A stretch of 64,000 bases of DNA from positions 704,001 through 768,000 of the forward strand of contig CAWJCS010000005.1 in assembly GCA_963841435.1 (NCBI GenBank). Reading direction: 5' to 3'. Positions within the stretch are counted from its first letter, which is position 1; the number at the start of each line of letters is the position of its first letter. The notes below the pieces were generated by a model. It was not told the origin of the DNA and made no database searches. It saw only the letters and a program-made list of their open reading frames with translations. Source of the DNA: an uncultured delta proteobacterium (GTDB taxonomy: Bacteria > Myxococcota_A > Polyangia > Polyangiales > Polyangiaceae). Both the position numbers and the translations under genes were made by a program. Below are positions 30,388-38,383 of the stretch, piece by piece.

Positions 30388-30999
30388 TCAGAGCCCGATG
30401 CGCACGGCAACGCCGACGTCGAGCGAAGGCTCGGGGCGATCGTGCGTCACCCAGACCATGGGCTCGAGGAGCATCAGCTCGAGCACGGCGCTGTCGCTGA
30501 TGACGCAATCGATGCCCGCCGAGAGTCGCAGCGTGGGCCCGTTCCTGGGCAGGAAGCCGGCCCCGAAGCGCAGCGGCACGCCGAGCGCCGGACCCGGCAG
30601 GGGCAGGCGGTAGAAGAACGACACCTCGGGCAGCACGTTGTGCGCGCGACCTTCCTTGCCGCGCAGATTCGCGTACGAGACACCCAGCTCGAAGGCGCCG
30701 CGCGGCGTCCACGCGAACCCGAAGCGCGCACCGACGAGCTCGTTCACGAACTTCCCGCCGCGCAGCCCGAACGCCGTCGTCTCGGTAGGGACGAGCTGGT
30801 AGCGAGCCTCCATGCCGGTACCGCTCGCGGCGGGAGGAGCTTCCGGCGCCGTGGCAGCGGGAGGCGAAGGCTCGGCCGCGGCGACCCTGGGTGGCGCCGG
30901 CGAAGAGGCCGCGGCAGGAGGCGGCGCGGACTGAGCGAGAGCGCGCGCCGGAGCAAGCGCGAGCAGGAGCACGAGGGGCGTGACACGGCGACGAGTCAT
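30388..30999 (-). CDS. Small outer-membrane beta-barrel-like protein with a Pro-rich linker
   Basis: Signal peptide (..ALA-Q), Pro/Ala linker, then amphipathic strands (GARFGFAW, FELGVSYA, EVSFFYR, RLSAGID, DVGVAVRIGL); ATGA overlap with the upstream cytochrome gene. Confidence 0.65.
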   Translation of the reverse strand: MTRRRVTPLVLLLALAPARALAQSAPPPAAASSPAPPRVAAAEPSPPAATAPEAPPAASGTGMEARYQLVPTETTAFGLRGGKFVNELVGARFGFAWTPRGAFELGVSYANLRGKEGRAHNVLPEVSFFYRLPLPGPALGVPLRFGAGFLPRNGPTLRLSAGIDCVISDSAVLELMLLEPMVWVTHDRPEPSLDVGVAVRIGL

Positions 31000-33002
31000 G
31001 GTGCGTGTGCGGGGGCGGCGCCTCCGGCAGAGAGCGCCGCCTCGGCAGCGGCGAGCAGCATCCTCGCATAGCTCGGGTTGTGGACGTCGGCGGCGGGATC
31101 CTCGAGCACGAGCTTCACGTCGCGAAGAGCGCGCCCAAGCGCGACGTCGGGCGGGCGGGCGGCACCCGTCGCGTGCGGCGGCTCGCCGTTCCGGGGTGTT
31201 TGGCGTGGAGCGCCGAGCCGTTCAGCGAGGTCGCGCGCGCGGGCCGCGAGCGTCCGGTCCCGCGCGGGAGGTGCAGCGTGGCACGCGGCGCACGCGGCGG
31301 TTCCGGCGGCGAACGCATGGTTCGCACCGCGGCCGAGACCTTCGGGGCCTTCCGCGTGACACGAGAGGCAGCCCTGCGAGGCCGAGGCGTGGGGTGCGGT
31401 ACCTGAAAGCGCCTCGCCCGTCTTGGGATCGACTCCGCCGCGGCCGAGCATGAGCGCCGCAGCGCTTGCCTCCGGCGGGCCCTCGGCGTCGGCGGGCGCG
31501 TGGCAATTGAGGCAGACCCGACTCGCCCCGGCGAGGCCCTCGGGCAGCGCACCAAGCGCGGCCGGAACGGGGAGCGCCCGGAGAAGAGACGGGCGCACGC
31601 CGGACGTCGAGCTCCGCTCGGTCTCGTGGGGGTGCACGTCGTGGCACGTGGCGCAGCCTAGACCGAGCGTCGTGTCGTCGGGCGGGCGGTGGGAATCACG
31701 ACCGAGCGCACCGAACGTCGTGTGACAGCGCGCGCACGGCGCCGCGCGAGTCCGCGGGTCGTGATCGGCTGTCGCCATCCTCGAGGCTTCGAGCGCGCGA
31801 ACGTGGCCGTAGCTCGGAGGCGCGTCGTGGCACACCGCGCAGACGCCACGGCCGAGCAGCGCGAAGCGCGAGCTCTGGTCGGGTATGGCGCTCGGGCCGT
31901 GACACGCGAGGCAGCCCACGCCACCGAGCCGTCGGAGCGCCCGCGGCAAGTCGGAAAACGCGTGCGGTGGCGCGAGGTCGAGCTCGTCCTTGACCTGCTG
32001 GAAGCCGCCGTCGCGCGTGCCGGGCTCGCCGGTCGTGTGGCAGCGGAGCGCGCAGCCCGGATCCGCGAGGGCACGCGGCCCGTCGAGATCGCGCGCATAC
32101 GCGTGCGTCATCGGCGAGCTCGCCGCGCTCCGCGCAATCGTGCCGTGGCAGCCCGCGCGGCCGCAATCGAGCGGGGTCTGGTCGTACGCGCCGCTCTCGA
32201 TCACCGTGCGGCGCCCTCGGCCATCCTCGACCACGAAGCGTCCGGTGACGTCCGGCACGAGCTCGAAGAGCGAGCCGACCGCCCGAAGGTCGGCACGGGA
32301 GCCGTCCGGGACTTCGCTCAGGCGCAGCTCGTCGCCGCGCAGGAGCACCGGGTGGGTCACGGCGACGTTGCCGAGGCCGCTCGCGCGCGAGGTCGCCGTC
32401 ACCTCGAGCGTGCTCCGGTGCGTGCGACCGTCACGCAGGCGAATCATGAGCTCGATGGCCGTGCGCCCGACCTCGCCCGCGGCAATCGGCACGATGCCGT
32501 GGCCGACGTGTGGGGCGAGCGAACCGGGCGGAAGCGTGCGAAGACCGAGCGCGCGACCGCCGTCCGCCACCGCCACCGACCCGAGCGGCTCGCCACCGAT
32601 CACGGCCAGCGTGGCGCTCGCGTCCGCCGCGCTCGGGCAAGCGGGCTCGGCGCGGATCTCGAGCGGTTCATCGAAACCAAGGACGCGGACGCGGGGTCCG
32701 GCAGCAAAGAGGGCGCGCAGGCGGTGGCGGACGACGGTGCCGGGAGTCGGTGCCGGTTCTACGTCGATGGGACAGGCGAACGGCGCCTCGAGCGTGACGC
32801 GCGACGGGGCAGCGAGCCCGAGCAGCAGACGCCCACCCTGCTCGTGTCGCTCGGCCAGCGCGCTCGCCGGCTTCACCTGGACCTCGCCGAGGTCGAGCCC
32901 CGGCTCGGCTTCGAGCCACACCCAAAGCGTCACCGCCGGGTGCGGCGCGCAGCCGAGCACGAAGAGCATCGTGAGCAGCAACAGCGGCGTCGCCGTGCGC
33001 AT
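30996..33002 (-). CDS. Multiheme cytochrome c lipoprotein (up to 9 hemes)
   Basis: Lipobox VLGC; CGRAGCH, CALRCH, CLACH, CAVCH, CARCH, CATCH, CLNCH, CLSCH, CAACH; C-terminal D.AADVHNP.YA..LL helix motif. Confidence 0.9.
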   Translation of the reverse strand: MRTATPLLLLTMLFVLGCAPHPAVTLWVWLEAEPGLDLGEVQVKPASALAERHEQGGRLLLGLAAPSRVTLEAPFACPIDVEPAPTPGTVVRHRLRALFAAGPRVRVLGFDEPLEIRAEPACPSAADASATLAVIGGEPLGSVAVADGGRALGLRTLPPGSLAPHVGHGIVPIAAGEVGRTAIELMIRLRDGRTHRSTLEVTATSRASGLGNVAVTHPVLLRGDELRLSEVPDGSRADLRAVGSLFELVPDVTGRFVVEDGRGRRTVIESGAYDQTPLDCGRAGCHGTIARSAASSPMTHAYARDLDGPRALADPGCALRCHTTGEPGTRDGGFQQVKDELDLAPPHAFSDLPRALRRLGGVGCLACHGPSAIPDQSSRFALLGRGVCAVCHDAPPSYGHVRALEASRMATADHDPRTRAAPCARCHTTFGALGRDSHRPPDDTTLGLGCATCHDVHPHETERSSTSGVRPSLLRALPVPAALGALPEGLAGASRVCLNCHAPADAEGPPEASAAALMLGRGGVDPKTGEALSGTAPHASASQGCLSCHAEGPEGLGRGANHAFAAGTAACAACHAAPPARDRTLAARARDLAERLGAPRQTPRNGEPPHATGAARPPDVALGRALRDVKLVLEDPAADVHNPSYARMLLAAAEAALSAGGAAPAHAP

Positions 33003-33625
33003 CACGACTCCTCCCCGCAGCGACCACGATCGCAACGCTCACCGCCGCAATCGCGATCGAGCCAGCAGTCGGGCGCCCGGTCGCTCCGCGGCGGCACGAC
33101 GGCGCTCTTGCGCTCGTCGCACACGCGCTCGATGCCGCGCTCCTGGTCGAAGCGGCAAGCGTATTTTCCAGCACGGCCGCCGGGATAATCGGGTGACGGG
33201 TCAACACAGACGCGCTCGCCCGCCGGGTGACCGGCACCGCGCCGCAGGCCGCAGGAAAACCCGCGATCGGCCGGTGCTCTTACGACGCCGGCTGCCGGCT
33301 CCCCGCCGGCACACCAGACGACGCCGTCGCGCTCGGCGCAGCGCCACTCACCGTCGTCCGGCAGGCGGACGTGACGCTGGACGCAGCGACCGCCGTCGCA
33401 GACGAAGTCGCTGGCTTCGTCGGTGCGGGGGCGCGAGCGCCGGGCCCCGCCCACGCCGGTCTCGAGATACCCGAGCGCGGTGGGCGGCGGCAGGCACCGT
33501 GCGACGCGTCCGCCCGGCGCCGCGCAAAGCTCGCTCTTGCCCCGTGCGCCGGGCTCGCGAGCACACCCCGAAAGGAGAAGCAGGCCGAGCAGGGCTCGGA
33601 CCGGGCTACTCGCGCGCGACCGCAC
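33002..33625 (-). CDS. Cys-rich lipoprotein of unknown function
   Basis: GTG start; LLGLLLLSGC lipobox; 14 further Cys; TGATG overlap with the cytochrome start. Confidence 0.75.
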   Translation of the reverse strand: MRSRASSPVRALLGLLLLSGCAREPGARGKSELCAAPGGRVARCLPPPTALGYLETGVGGARRSRPRTDEASDFVCDGGRCVQRHVRLPDDGEWRCAERDGVVWCAGGEPAAGVVRAPADRGFSCGLRRGAGHPAGERVCVDPSPDYPGGRAGKYACRFDQERGIERVCDERKSAVVPPRSDRAPDCWLDRDCGGERCDRGRCGEES

Positions 33626-34490
33626 ACCGAGACCCTCGCCGCCGCCGCCCGAGCGCTGCCAGACAAGAGAGCAAGACGACGATCGAGCCTCGTGCTCCAG
33701 CGCGACGCGACACGGAGCAACCATCGAACCACGGCGACTCGATCGTCTCCTCGCACACCTCGACGTTCCCGCCCCCCGAGACCCAATCGACGAGGTCGCG
33801 TGTGACGGCGGCGAAGCAGGTCCTTCCAGCGTGCGTGGTCGAGCGAGCGATGCGAAGCTTGCCATCCTCGGGAAACGGATAGATCCCGATCTGCTTCGGC
33901 GGGCCGCTCTGGCCCGGGCTCGGATGCTCGGTTTCGAAGAGCAGCACGGCGAGCAAGCTTGGGCTCGCGTCGTCCTGCGCATGTCCGAGCTCGAAGTCGA
34001 AGAGGTAGCGATCCTCGAGCTCGTCCGTGCACGGATCACGGTCGCGAGACAAATCCCAGCTCGCGCCCGCGAGCCCGGAAAAGCGTGGTGACTCGAGGTC
34101 ATCCGAGCTGCCGACGCTGAACCCAATCTCCTTGGAGCGCCCCGAGCCGGTCGCGCTGCCGCGCAGGCTGGGCCACGCGAGCCGGTACGAGCCAGCCGAG
34201 AGGGGCAAGAGGGGCACGGCACGCAGGAGCCCCTCGGCCTCGTCGTAGGTCACGTCGACCGGCTGCTCGCCGAGCGTGGGCGACGTGAGCGTCACGGGCT
34301 CGCCGGCGTAGGCGGCGGGTGCGGCGTAGTGTGCCGATAATCGCGCATTCCGTGGGACCATGGCCGCTCCGTCCGGCGGGTAGGTGGCGTCGATATCGGG
34401 CACGCCGCACGGCGCACCCCAGGCGGGGAGCGCGATGCTGGCCGCTGCGCTCGCCAGAGCGACGAGCGTCGCGCGGGGAGCTCGCGTCAA
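33606..34490 (-). CDS. Ig-like (Big_5-type) domain protein with a MYXO-CTERM sorting signal
   Basis: TTG start overlapping the upstream stop (TTGA); signal peptide; TYPPDGA.MVPRNA; C-terminal GCSVS...IVVLLSCLAALGRRRR. Confidence 0.8.
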   Translation of the reverse strand: MTRAPRATLVALASAAASIALPAWGAPCGVPDIDATYPPDGAAMVPRNARLSAHYAAPAAYAGEPVTLTSPTLGEQPVDVTYDEAEGLLRAVPLLPLSAGSYRLAWPSLRGSATGSGRSKEIGFSVGSSDDLESPRFSGLAGASWDLSRDRDPCTDELEDRYLFDFELGHAQDDASPSLLAVLLFETEHPSPGQSGPPKQIGIYPFPEDGKLRIARSTTHAGRTCFAAVTRDLVDWVSGGGNVEVCEETIESPWFDGCSVSRRAGARGSIVVLLSCLAALGRRRRGSRCAVARE

Positions 34491-35188
34491 TCGCACCTCA
34501 CGTCGTCGCAATGTCCGACCATGTCCGAGCGACTGCCGTCGCCGTCGAGGTCGTAGCTGTCGAGGCAGCAATAGCCGTTGTCGAGGCAGCACTGCTCGAG
34601 CTCGCGCGAGGCCTTGTGCTGTCGAGCGATCCCTGCACATTCTGGAGGCGGCTCGGCCTCGCGGCACGGGCCGAAGCTCTGCCCGTCCCCGGCGCACTCC
34701 TGCTCGCCCCAGAAGGTGCAAAACGAATGCTGGCAGATCCGAACGCCGCCCGGCATGCACACCTCGCAACGTCTGGGGCATGCGCTTTGGCTGCCGGCGA
34801 TGCAGTAGCGAAAGCCGCCGTTTTCGCAAGCCTCGGGCGGCAGATCGTCAACCACGCCGTTGCAGTCGTCGTCGACGCCGTTGCAGCTCTCCGGCGACGG
34901 GACGCAGTGCTCGACGGGCGGCTCCTCGGGCTCGGGCACGACCGCGGCGTCCATCGGGACCTCGGCGTCGAGGTCGGCGTCCGGCGGCATTTCGGCATCG
35001 ATGCCGGCGTCCTCCGGCGCCTCGGCGTCCGGCGTTACCTCCGCGTCGCGCCCACCGCTCGAGCCTGCGTCGAAAACCGGGCGCGAGCCGCCGCCGCCAG
35101 GGACCTCGTCGTGATCGCCCGGCTCGAGCCCTGTCCGGCCGCAGCTCAGGACCAAAAGGAGCACGAAGGCCGCACCAACCCAGCGCAC
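34487..35188 (-). CDS. Cys-rich lipoprotein with an acidic DA-rich linker and ESCNGVDDDCNG repeat motif
   Basis: LLLVLSCGRTGL lipobox; DAxxP linker; ~19 Cys; DLDGDG Ca-binding-like motif. Start uncertain (GTG 35188 preferred). Confidence 0.8.
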   Translation of the reverse strand: MRWVGAAFVLLLVLSCGRTGLEPGDHDEVPGGGGSRPVFDAGSSGGRDAEVTPDAEAPEDAGIDAEMPPDADLDAEVPMDAAVVPEPEEPPVEHCVPSPESCNGVDDDCNGVVDDLPPEACENGGFRYCIAGSQSACPRRCEVCMPGGVRICQHSFCTFWGEQECAGDGQSFGPCREAEPPPECAGIARQHKASRELEQCCLDNGYCCLDSYDLDGDGSRSDMVGHCDDVRCD

Positions 35189-35198
35189 CGGCCAAGCG

Positions 35199-35214
35199 TG
35201 GCACGCGTTTGGCT
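35199..35214 (+). promoter_or_regulatory. Putative sigma54 -24/-12 promoter
   Basis: TGGCACG-CGTT-TGGCT with GG-N10-GC spacing, in the 48-bp divergent gap. Confidence 0.5.
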
Positions 35215-35236
35215 TTCGAGGGACCCTGATCGGTCC

Positions 35237-36302
35237 GTGCCTTCGAGGATCATTCATTTCGCATCGGCGCTCCGCCTGGCAACGGGGGCCTTTGCATATT
35301 TCGTGCTCCTCGCCGGTACCCCCCGGGAGGCGGCGGCGCAGGCAGCCGCGCCACCGGCCCCAACCGCAGTTGACACCCACCCTACAACCGCAGGTCACGC
35401 CGAGCCCCCGGCTGGGCCGACCTTGGCGCCCGCACCACCCCCCGCACCGGTCCCCGCGCCCGCTCCCAACGCGCCACCACCGCCAGAGCCGGCAGCACCC
35501 GCCCCAACACCGGCGCCACCCGCGCCGCCCGCGCCCGCTGCGGCCGTCACGCCGCGAACGACTGCCCCCATCCCGACCGCGACGCCCACGCCCGTGGCCC
35601 CGAGCGGGCCCATCGAGCCCCCGCTCCCGCCAACGCCTCCGCAAAACCCGCTTCCCCAGAGCGAACGCGCACGCAACGCGCACGCCGATCGCCTCCTCAT
35701 CGCACCGACGGCGGAAACCAATCCGAAGGGCTCCTTTTGGGGCACGAGCTACGAGATCCTCTTTTTGCAGGTCGGCTACGCGCCGACCGACGACACGCAG
35801 ATCTCGCTCAGCGGGGTGCCACCGCTCGGCGAGGATCCCATCGTCCCGCTCGACCTCAGCGTGAAGACCGTGGCGCTGAGATCGCCGAGCCTCAACATCG
35901 CCGTCATGGCCTCGGCGAGCGGGCTCGTCTCGGGCGAAGCGTCGGGCTTCATCGGTCGCGCTGGAGCGGCCGTGACGCTCTGCGACCCACCCGATGCCTG
36001 CGCACGCACGCTCACGCTAGCGAGCAACGTCCTGCTCATCGGCCCAGCATCGCTCCTTTTCACGGGGGCGGGCGCGACCATGCGGGTGTCGGATTCTCGC
36101 GACGTTGCTGTTCGAGGTCGACTCGGCGCTGCCGCTCGGCGACGCGGTCGGCCAAGCTCACGGGCTGCTGGGCGGTGCGGGCGTGCGCCTTTCGGGGCCG
36201 CGTTTCGGCGTGGACCTCGCGCTCCTGCGCGGCGGCAACGTGGGCGGCTCGCTCACGCCGTTCATCCCGTACGTCGTCGCGACGTACCGCCACCTGCCCT
36301 GA
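35237..36302 (+). CDS. Pro-rich secreted protein with a probable C-terminal beta-barrel domain; split by a +1 indel at ~36094
   Basis: Signal-like N-terminus (..AAA-Q), long Pro/Ala linker, DRLLIAPTAET.PKG, beta-strand pattern. Removing one T at 36094/36095 gives ...MRVSDLATLLFEVDSALPLG...VATYRHLP. Confidence 0.7.
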
Positions 36303-36310
36303 CGCGGACG

Positions 36311-37591
36311 CTACGGCGCCGGTGGGAGCGCGCTGAACGCATCCACGCGCTTGTTGATCCGGTAGCCCTCCTCGTCGAGGCGTGTGAGCACTTCGCTCAG
36401 GTGCTCGGGACCGCGTGTCTCGAGCACGAGCTCCACGAGTGTCTGGCCGAGCTCGACGCCCGCGAACGTTCGGTCGTGGTTGATGGCCATGATGTTGGCG
36501 CGCACGCTCGCGACGAGCTCGGTCAGCCGAGCGAGCTCGCCCGTCACGTCCGGCAGCACGAGTGACAGGCGCGCCAGGCGACCGGTCTTGACGAGGCCGC
36601 GCTCGATCACGCGCGACATCAGGTTCACGTCGATGTTACCGCCGCTCACGACGACTGCGACGCGTTGCCCTTGAAGCGAAAGGTGCCCGCGCACGAGCGC
36701 CGCCACACCGACCGCGCCCGCACCCTCGGCCACCGTCTTGTCACCCTCGAGCAAGAGCAGGATCGCCTCTGCAATCTCCTCCTCCTCCACGAGCTCGACG
36801 GCCTCGACCGTTTGCTTGACGAGCGCCTCGGTGAGCGCTCCAACGCGCCGCACGGCGATGCCGTCCGCGATGGTCTTGCCACCGAGCATGGCGGGGTAGA
36901 GCGCGCTCTCTTCGCTCGAAAGCGAGCCGCGTACGCTCGAGAGCGCTCGCTTCATGCCGGGAAACGCGCGTGACTCCACGCCATACACCCGCACGTGCGG
37001 AGCGACCGCCCGGAGCGCGCAGGCGATGCCGGCGATCAACCCCCCGCCGCCCACGGGGACGACCACGGCGTCGAGATCCGGGAGCTGTTCCGCCAGCTCG
37101 AGACCGATGCTCCCCTGCCCCGCGATGACGTGGAGATCGTCGAACGGATGGATCAAGACGAGGTCGTGCTCGGCGGCGAGCGCTTCAGCGTGCTCGGCCG
37201 CTTCGTCGTAGCTCGAGCCGTGGAGCACCACCCTGGCGCCCAGGCGATGGGCGGCCGTCGCCTTCACGAGCGGCGTCGCCTGGGGCATCACCACCGTGGC
37301 CGGGATGCCGAGCCGAGCCGCGTGGCGAGCCACCGCCTGGGCGTGATTGCCGGCGCTCGCGGCGATAACGCCGCGGGCGCGCTCGGCCTCGGAAAGCACG
37401 AGCAGCCGATTGCACGCGCCCCGCTCCTTGAAGCTGCCCGTCGCCTGGAGCGACTCGAGCTTGAGGAACACGGTGGCCCCACAGAGCTCGGAAAGCCGGG
37501 CGCTCTCGCGGCACGGTGTCTCGAGCACGTTGCCGCGCAACCGCACGCGAGCCTCCTCGAGGAAGGGCGCGAGCGAGGCCGGCGAGGTCAT
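36311..37591 (-). CDS. ilvA: Threonine ammonia-lyase (PLP-dependent, C-terminal ACT domain)
   Basis: K.E.LQ.TGSFKERGA, ASAGNHAQ, HPFDD..VIAGQG, VGGGGL, TIADGIAV, SGGNID. Confidence 0.93.
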   Translation of the reverse strand: MTSPASLAPFLEEARVRLRGNVLETPCRESARLSELCGATVFLKLESLQATGSFKERGACNRLLVLSEAERARGVIAASAGNHAQAVARHAARLGIPATVVMPQATPLVKATAAHRLGARVVLHGSSYDEAAEHAEALAAEHDLVLIHPFDDLHVIAGQGSIGLELAEQLPDLDAVVVPVGGGGLIAGIACALRAVAPHVRVYGVESRAFPGMKRALSSVRGSLSSEESALYPAMLGGKTIADGIAVRRVGALTEALVKQTVEAVELVEEEEIAEAILLLLEGDKTVAEGAGAVGVAALVRGHLSLQGQRVAVVVSGGNIDVNLMSRVIERGLVKTGRLARLSLVLPDVTGELARLTELVASVRANIMAINHDRTFAGVELGQTLVELVLETRGPEHLSEVLTRLDEEGYRINKRVDAFSALPPAP

Positions 37592-37727
37592 ACCCGGGAG
37601 TATGCCAGGTCGTAGCGCCGCCCGCGTGCCGGGCTTCTGCTGCCCCGTGCCGCCCCATCGCCGGTCACCGCACCCCCGACGGCCGCGCCAGGACGTGCAC
37701 GTCAGACGCGGCCGAGCCCCCTTAAGC

Positions 37728-37743
37728 AGTTTGAGGTCAAACT
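37728..37743. promoter_or_regulatory. Perfect AT-rich palindrome AGTTTGA-GG-TCAAACT, candidate transcription-factor operator
   Basis: 7-bp inverted repeat with a 2-nt spacer in the large intergenic region between ilvA and the TPR gene. Confidence 0.55.
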
Positions 37744-38295
37744 AAATGCTCGCCCGAAGCCGTGGGGTTTTCTGGCGCGCACCTGGCGTTCCGGCGGGTG
37801 AGCCCGCCTCGGTCCGAGACATGGTGAGCGAACGTGCGCCCTCCTCCGACATGCCCCCCGCACCGCCCGCGTCGGGAACGCGGCGTCTCGCGGAGCCAGG
37901 CGGAGCGTATTCTAGCCCAACTGAAAAGCGCTCGTGCAGGAGCGCGCCTCGCCGAGGCCACGATGGGCGGCGTCCGAGCAGGCGGCCGGTGCAACGCCTG
38001 CCGGCGCCCGAATTCGGCAGCGAGCCGCCGACGCATCAACCGTCCGGGTGGCGCGCCGCACCGATTGCCGCGGCAAACTCTGAAAAGGGCGAGAGCACTC
38101 GGACGCTTTCAACGGACGAGGCCAGGGTGCCGCGCCGGCCCCGATCGAACCCGCGGTAGGCTTGCCCCGAGCGCTCGGGTCGCGCCCATCCAGACCCCGA
38201 GGAGGGGCGATCGCGTCGAGCCGACACACCCGAAACCCCCTCCTACCTCGCCGTGCTCACCGGGAAAATCCCCAAGGATTTTGCCGAGCATCGCG

Positions 38296-38324
38296 TTGAC
38301 CGTGGGGGCGAGGGGCCCTATGCT
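38296..38324 (+). promoter_or_regulatory. Putative sigma70 promoter of the TPR gene
   Basis: TTGACC-N17-TATGCT, about 60 nt upstream of the start. Confidence 0.65.
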
Positions 38325-38383
38325 TTTGTGCTCCGGAGTGACCCTTTGTCGCGCGAGCACCCGCGCGCCCGGGTCGCCCGAAA

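Noticed and set aside
38071-38115. GGCAAACTCTGAAAAGGG resembling a c-di-GMP-I (GEMM) riboswitch P2
   Set aside because: The stem is too short, and the ACGCAAAGC junction and P3 tetraloop receptor are missing.
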